Assembly (NCBI GenBank): GCA_965116905.1
Contig: OZ220732.1
Location: 704,001-768,000, forward strand
Length of the DNA stretch: 64,000 nt
Reading direction: 5' to 3'
Origin: Longimicrobiales bacterium
GTDB taxonomy: Bacteria > Gemmatimonadota > Gemmatimonadetes > Longimicrobiales > Gaopeijiaceae
In this document: piece after piece, positions 58,538 through 64,000 of the stretch
How the letters are laid out: every line of letters begins with the position of its first letter
Position numbering within the stretch: position 1 is the first letter of the stretch
The notes under the pieces: model-generated
Told to the model about the DNA's origin: nothing
What the model saw: only the letters and a program-made list of their open reading frames with translations
Databases searched by the model: none
Made by a program: the position numbers and the translations under genes

Positions 58538-59425
58538 ATGCCGAGCTCGCCCGGCCTCGCTGCTCACCTCTACATCCCCGAAGGATTCGACGAGAACGGC
58601 AGCTGCCCGGCAATCATCTACTCCGGACCTTTCAACCAGGTGAAAGAGCAGACCGGCGCCGTCTACGGTCCTCGACTCGCTGAGCGGGGCTACGTCACCA
58701 TCGTCTTCGACCACATCGGCTACGGCGACAGCGAAGGGGAGATTCGCAACAACGAGAACTCCTTCGTGAAGATCGAGAGCATCCGTGACGCGATCAGCTT
58801 CATGGGAATCCTGCCCTTCGTCGATCGTCAGAGGCTCTTCGGGCTGGGCGTTTGCGCCTCGGGCGGCTACATCGCCCTCGTCGCCACGACGGACAAGCGC
58901 CTCAAGGCCATGGCTTCCGTCTCCGGTATGCTCGGCAACCAGCAGTCCTACTTCGGTACGATGGATCGAGAGACGATCACCGCGCTGATCACGGCACAGA
59001 ACGTCGGTCGGCAAAAGACCTACGAAACCGGTCAGGTCGAGTATGTGGACGCCTTGGGGCTGGAAGCGGGCAAGGATGCCCCGGAAGGCGCCTTGCGCGA
59101 CGGTTACGACTACTACATGACCGAGAGGGCCGGTGCCCAGACCTACCCAAACTACAACCACCTGGCACCGTCCTTCATGCTGGAAGCACCGATGCTCGCC
59201 GATGCGATGAGCTACGCGCCCTATCTCTACACGCCGTTCATTGGCATCCATGGTGCACACGCCGGCACCGCGCCTTTGACCACCTCATTCCATGAAAAAG
59301 CGTCTGAGCCCAAGGAGCTGGTTGAGATCTCCGGCGCTACGCACGTCTCGCTCTACGATATCCCGGAAGATGTTGACCGGGCCGTCGAGGCCATGGACCG
59401 CTTCTTCAAGAAGCATTCGGCCTAA
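58538..59425 (+). CDS. Alpha/beta hydrolase (possibly 5'-truncated)
   Basis: VKEQ, GYGDSEG, GVCASGG nucleophile elbow and GATHVSLYD. Confidence 0.85.
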   Translation: MPSSPGLAAHLYIPEGFDENGSCPAIIYSGPFNQVKEQTGAVYGPRLAERGYVTIVFDHIGYGDSEGEIRNNENSFVKIESIRDAISFMGILPFVDRQRLFGLGVCASGGYIALVATTDKRLKAMASVSGMLGNQQSYFGTMDRETITALITAQNVGRQKTYETGQVEYVDALGLEAGKDAPEGALRDGYDYYMTERAGAQTYPNYNHLAPSFMLEAPMLADAMSYAPYLYTPFIGIHGAHAGTAPLTTSFHEKASEPKELVEISGATHVSLYDIPEDVDRAVEAMDRFFKKHSA

Positions 59426-59471
59426 CGAAAGCCGCCAGCCCACCTTCGAGGGACAGCTACGTCACGCGCGA

Positions 59472-59640
59472 CGCTACCCGACCAACTCGATCCTCAGGTT
59501 CAGGCCGAGAACGTTCGCGACAGCGGTGAGCGTGTCGAGGCGAATGTGGTCGTTGTCCGGGTCGAGAATCCTGTCCAATTGGCTTCGGCTCGTGCGCATC
59601 GCCCGGGCCATGGCGCTCTTGGTGATCTGCTGCCTTTCGA
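59472..59640 (-). pseudogene. 3' fragment duplicate of the HTH antitoxin at 39085..39375
   Basis: ERQQITKSAMARAMRTSRSQLDRILDPDNDHIRLDTL...IELVG nearly identical; 5' half absent. Confidence 0.8.
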
Positions 59641-59911
59641 GGAGATGCTGTTGGCCAGGCAGGTACGGGCCGCGGACGATACCCGTACGTCGTCCGCCGG
59701 TCCGCCAAGCGCGTCCGACCTGAATCGGAAGGCCACCGAGCACGGAGTCGCGGCGATCTGGCAGGATGCACGAGAATCGCTGGACAACAGTGTTCGGACG
59801 TACTACACGAAATCCGGCATCACCTACCTGCAGCGGACGACCACCGTGCCCGATGGCGTGCGTGTCCGCGGGTCGCACTGCGTAACGATCGGCGAACCCG
59901 GGGAATCCGGA

Positions 59912-60226
59912 TCACGTTCTATTCGGCGGCCGTCGACCTATGTTACTAGTCTGGACATGTACCCGCAGCTTGACACCTTCTCCTAACAGAATGGCGATCT
60001 GGCCAAGGAACCAATCCGACTCATGGTGGTACTCAATGCCAAGGCCATTCTTTGGAATGACCCTCCACCACGGCAGACTGGTGTACGCATCCCGTGACCA
60101 TATGGCTTTACCCACGTGCATGGGAGTAGTGCCGAGTTCAGATGCGATTTCGCTGTGGGTTCTGACCGTTCCCTTGGGAATGGCTCGTACAGCTTCACGG
60201 ATTCTCTCATACGTAGTCAGGGTCAT
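59912..60226 (-). CDS. Alkyltransferase-like (MGMT family) DNA-binding protein
   Basis: AIPKGTVRT.SEIA, VGKAI and LPWWRV (Trp in place of the catalytic Cys). Confidence 0.75.
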   Translation of the reverse strand: MTLTTYERIREAVRAIPKGTVRTHSEIASELGTTPMHVGKAIWSRDAYTSLPWWRVIPKNGLGIEYHHESDWFLGQIAILLGEGVKLRVHVQTSNIGRRPPNRT

Positions 60227-60454
60227 GAGCTACCTGGTGTCCAGACGACTTCAAAGGCATTTGTCACATTCGCCAGCCGTTCCTGTCCGTCGCTTTCTCC
60301 CCTCGACGCCTTGAGCTTCTGTCCAGCTGCGGCCTTCACGGCGCAGATGGCGATCACCGAGTTGTCAATGACCATTGAAAATGGCCAGCGGAGACGTGGA
60401 CGGTTCCGACGCCCTGCTGTCGACCGCAATGGACACCCCCTAACGGAGCCGCCG

Positions 60455-60961
60455 CTACCTGCACCACCCCTCGTTCACCCGCAGATAGCCGGCGATGATC
60501 TCGTCCACCTCCTCGGTCAGTACCTGCATGATAAAACCGCCTTCTCCGGCGTGGAATCCCAAATTGAAGACCCCGGGCGTCGCGTTTGCCGTCTCTTTGC
60601 CCGCGCCGTGGGGGTCATCGAGCGGTTTTTCAAACACAACGACGTACGCAAAGGCCTCATCCAAGACCTTCACATCCGCATAAATGGTGGGCTGAGGCTC
60701 GTACTTTCGCTCTCCGTACACCCGTGCTACGCGGAGGCGATTCTCGATCATCCCCTCGACACGATCAGGGGTAAGCCCCTCAATGGCCTTTGCGTGGTCA
60801 CCGTAAAGCCCGAGTCCAACCATCACCGTAACGGGCCCGCATTCGGTGAAGTACCTGAACCGGTCGAAGTCGGAGACAGACTGCCCCTCCGCTGGGAGAG
60901 GGAGGGCGAATCCCGCGAGGAGAAGCGCGGGGACGCGGAAGCAAGGGAGTACGGTTAGCAT
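60455..60961 (-). CDS. Secreted hypothetical protein
   Basis: Signal peptide, two Cys; no family recognised. Confidence 0.6.
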   Translation of the reverse strand: MLTVLPCFRVPALLLAGFALPLPAEGQSVSDFDRFRYFTECGPVTVMVGLGLYGDHAKAIEGLTPDRVEGMIENRLRVARVYGERKYEPQPTIYADVKVLDEAFAYVVVFEKPLDDPHGAGKETANATPGVFNLGFHAGEGGFIMQVLTEEVDEIIAGYLRVNEGWCR

Positions 60962-61089
60962 CGAAGGGTCCTCGAACAGATTCTCGAAGGGGATCAGCGC
61001 CCCCAAGCGGGAGCTAACGGTATCCCTGGGCTCGTCACCACGTCAAGCATAACGTCGGCCAGTGATGGGCATGCGCCGGAGAATCCCAA

Positions 61090-62490
61090 TCACCCCTCGT
61101 TCCCGAGCACTATTTCGATCCAATCTGATGGCCGTCCTTGCTGAAGCAACTTGAAGACCGAACGACGCGCCACGTGGAATCCGGAGTTGAACGCTTCCTC
61201 CGGGCGCTTGGCCGATGGCGTGTTCTTCGCGTGGATGATGTCTGAGCGGGTCTTGTAGAACTGCCGCACATCATCAAACACGCGCCGTCTGGTCTTCCGA
61301 TCGGATTCGAGGAACCAGGCAGCTCTGGCCGCAAGCGTTTGGCTGCTGGTCCAGCCTTGTCGGTACATCTGCTCCAATACGATCGCCAAGTCCAGGATAC
61401 TGTCGGTGGCGGCGTACTGTCCTGCCCGTGCGAGAGCTTGTGAGAGTCTCGCGACAACGGGCTCCAGATCGCCAAGACGGCTATCGTCCAACGCTAGGAA
61501 GATTCGCTTGGCCTCGCCGAACGCCTCATCGTCGAGTTCGCTGGGGCTCCGCAGCCTGGCGACAGACAGTTTCCATGCGGTCGGTGTGGTACTGCCGTGG
61601 TAGTGCGGCTGGCCGAGCAGATGCAGGACCGTGCGATGAACGCAATACTCGATTTCCATCAACGGAACGACCGGCACGCCATGCGCGACCGCGAGGAGTT
61701 GGATGAACGTGCGCGCATCCTCGAAGAACGAACCTCCCCAGTCCAACTGAGGTTCACGTTCTTCGTCTGCGGGACCCAGAGAGAGCTTCCACGGGACGGG
61801 GCAGAGCATCGCGCCGACCGCAACATGGCCGCGACCTCGGGCGAACTCCGGTGCGACATCTTCCAACACACCTTTGTTGACAAAGGATTCGGTACGCTTC
61901 AGCGGTCTAGCGATCAGGTCGTCGGCGACCTGCAGGTCCTCGGTTAACTGCAGACCGTGGAAGAGTGAGACGTGGTATGCCACGGTCAGTTCGCTGGCAC
62001 CCGGGGCAGCGTCATCGCGGGCCGAATCAAGCAGTGACTCCAACTCGGTCGATGCGACAGTGAACTTGTCTTGGCCCGTCCGTCGGGCGCGAGACATGAG
62101 CCCCGCGACGATTCTCAAGCATGAGGTTTTCCGAGTTTGGTTCAGGATGCGGAACGAAAACTCATGTCCGCTTTCATCTTCCTCCAACACCGGCGTCAGG
62201 ACTGTGTGTTGGCCCACCTTGCGGGCGGCGTTTTCCAACGCTGTTCGCAGCGGTGGATATCGCTCCTTGGCATGGATCCCCTTGCTACGCCAGACATGCT
62301 GATAGAACGCGACACGGTCACGAGCTGGTTCAGATGCCGCGAAAGGCATCGGAAAGCGAGCGTCATCTAACTCTCGCTGGCGCTGTCTCTCAAGCATCTC
62401 ATCGAAGTAGTAGCGCTCGACTTCGTGGAGACGCTCAAGGGCCTCCACGAGGTTGGCTCGCCAATCGTTCCTATCGCACTTTGGTGTCAT
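61090..62490 (-). CDS. HEPN-domain protein
   Basis: C-terminal LDLAIVLE...LAARAAWFL...FYKTRSDIIH (R-x4-H). Confidence 0.75.
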   Translation of the reverse strand: MTPKCDRNDWRANLVEALERLHEVERYYFDEMLERQRQRELDDARFPMPFAASEPARDRVAFYQHVWRSKGIHAKERYPPLRTALENAARKVGQHTVLTPVLEEDESGHEFSFRILNQTRKTSCLRIVAGLMSRARRTGQDKFTVASTELESLLDSARDDAAPGASELTVAYHVSLFHGLQLTEDLQVADDLIARPLKRTESFVNKGVLEDVAPEFARGRGHVAVGAMLCPVPWKLSLGPADEEREPQLDWGGSFFEDARTFIQLLAVAHGVPVVPLMEIEYCVHRTVLHLLGQPHYHGSTTPTAWKLSVARLRSPSELDDEAFGEAKRIFLALDDSRLGDLEPVVARLSQALARAGQYAATDSILDLAIVLEQMYRQGWTSSQTLAARAAWFLESDRKTRRRVFDDVRQFYKTRSDIIHAKNTPSAKRPEEAFNSGFHVARRSVFKLLQQGRPSDWIEIVLGNEG

Positions 62491-62543
62491 CGTCCGTCCG
62501 AATGCATCGACCTCGCCACTGCCGGGGCCGGTCTAGGCCCCAC

Positions 62544-64000
62544 TCATCCGTAGCAACTCCGCTCGCTGAAGGTACCGTACAACCCGAGTTCCGCCTCCTC
62601 GAACTCCGGTGCGTACATGTAGCCTGGGAAGTTGATGGTCGCGAGAGTCAGCCTGGTGATGTAGGCCGGGTATTCGGCACTCCCCACTCCCAGCATCATG
62701 ATGTCGTTCGCCTCCCGGCTGACCAGTGTTTCGCCACCCCATGTTTGACTACGCTCGGCCTTGGCCGCCACACATGAATTGAGGTGGCCCTCGGGCGGGT
62801 ATGGCGAGTTGTCGTAGTACGACAACATCGGGATTCCGTACACGCCCGTTGGGAACCGCTTGGCCCAGTCCAGCTCTTTCTCGATGCCGCCGCCGTCTAC
62901 GTCGGCAAAGGTCCTGCGCCAGATGTATTCGACAGCTTCCCGGGCGCGGTCGCTCGTGGCGATACTGACCGTCTTGGTTCTGCCGGACTGGGTTTCATAG
63001 GTGTAGCTGTCGCCCGGCATGAACTGGAGTACATGGCCGATCTCATGGAGGGCGAGGGACACGTCCGCCACGCTCATGGTGATCAACCCGGCGGGTATCT
63101 GCTCCAGGGAGTCGGCGATGGCGGCCCGGTCGGCAATGTCATAGATGCAGTCTGCCGCCGTTCCGGGAGGCGAACCCGCCGTGCGGGAGACCCATATGTG
63201 GATACCCGCCTCAAGAGTGTCGCCAGCCCGAAATCCGGGCATTCCGCTTGGGCAATCTGGGTCGGCCTGGAACACGTAGGGCCGCGGCACCGACGGTACC
63301 AGGACGGCACCCCACCGCCTGACGGCCTCGGCAATCGCGTCACGAAACATGTCGTCGATCGGCGGCACTCCGGACCACGACGGCACTTCATGGATGTGGA
63401 AGGGGAACAGGCTCCTGACCACCAGGACATCGCTGCTGCCGGTCGCCGGCCCCAAGGTGGCCGTGATGGTCGCCTCGCCTTGGCCGAGGGCAGCGACCAG
63501 ACCCTGAGCATCCACAGAAGCCACTAGGGGCGAACGGGACGCCCACGTGAACTTCGCATGGGGCATCGGATTGCCCATCGCGTCCTCGGCCGCGGCCGAG
63601 AGGCGCACCGTGTCGCCCGCCACCAGAACTGCGTGGGTGGGCGGAACAGTCACCGAGACCTCCGCGGCCTCCTGGTGGACGGTGACCTGCATGGTACCGG
63701 ATATGCCTTCCGCCGCCTGTACCCGCGCGGTGATGGTCGCCTCGCCATCACTCAGGCTGACAATGGCGCCGACCATGGGCTGGTCGGTGATGTCAGTGCC
63801 AGCAACTGCCGGGTTGCTGCTCTCCCAGGCAATCGCATATCCAGACATCGGTTTGCCGTACTGATCACGCACTTCTGCGGTTACGAAGGCGAATTGGCGG
63901 TGGGCAGTCATCCGAAGGGCGGGTGGTGTGAGCACGACGACCGACGGTTGGGGAGGTTCGTCCGGCGGTGTGACCGCCGATGGGTCGTGCTGACAGGAAA
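62544..64000 (-). CDS. Ig-like repeat protein with HExxH zinc metalloprotease-like domain; 5' end at or beyond the window edge
   Basis: WESSNPAVA and WASRSPLVASVDAQGLV (Big_2-like); ALHEIGHVL, a distal His and a DIMM Met-turn-like motif. Confidence 0.75.
   Translation of the reverse strand, partial: SCQHDPSAVTPPDEPPQPSVVVLTPPALRMTAHRQFAFVTAEVRDQYGKPMSGYAIAWESSNPAVAGTDITDQPMVGAIVSLSDGEATITARVQAAEGISGTMQVTVHQEAAEVSVTVPPTHAVLVAGDTVRLSAAAEDAMGNPMPHAKFTWASRSPLVASVDAQGLVAALGQGEATITATLGPATGSSDVLVVRSLFPFHIHEVPSWSGVPPIDDMFRDAIAEAVRRWGAVLVPSVPRPYVFQADPDCPSGMPGFRAGDTLEAGIHIWVSRTAGSPPGTAADCIYDIADRAAIADSLEQIPAGLITMSVADVSLALHEIGHVLQFMPGDSYTYETQSGRTKTVSIATSDRAREAVEYIWRRTFADVDGGGIEKELDWAKRFPTGVYGIPMLSYYDNSPYPPEGHLNSCVAAKAERSQTWGGETLVSREANDIMMLGVGSAEYPAYITRLTLATINFPGYMYAPEFEEAELGLYGTFSERSCYG

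Overview
GC-rich bacterial accessory region. The many secreted 6-bladed beta-propeller proteins, carboxypeptidase-regulatory-domain proteins and Ig-like/metalloprotease genes suggest a Gemmatimonadota-like, possibly sponge-associated organism (inference only). Two main signals. (1) A class III lanthipeptide cluster (18-23 kb). Its synthetase appears split into a stand-alone zinc-free cyclase gene placed upstream of a lyase-kinase gene. A 47-aa precursor missing from the ORF track (20910..21053, minus) has an ILGLQ leader and two S-x2-S-x2-C motifs, and an ABC exporter lies upstream. (2) A recurring system of secreted Cys-rich mini-proteins (six genes) linked to thioredoxin/DsbA-fold proteins, beta-propellers and ECF sigma/anti-sigma genes. 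It includes two paralogous loci sharing a CC-x8/9-CC-x2-CC-x5-C-x5-C peptide, a four-copy promoter-like motif, and a duplicated promoter cassette placed in front of different peptides. Also present: an intact transposase-derived ORF with all three apparent DDE residues replaced and a shared 21-bp upstream motif, a taurine aminotransferase/symporter pair, duplicated DinJ-YafQ and other toxin-antitoxin or defence-like genes, an IS21 remnant and several pseudogenes. No rRNA, tRNA or CRISPR array was recognised.
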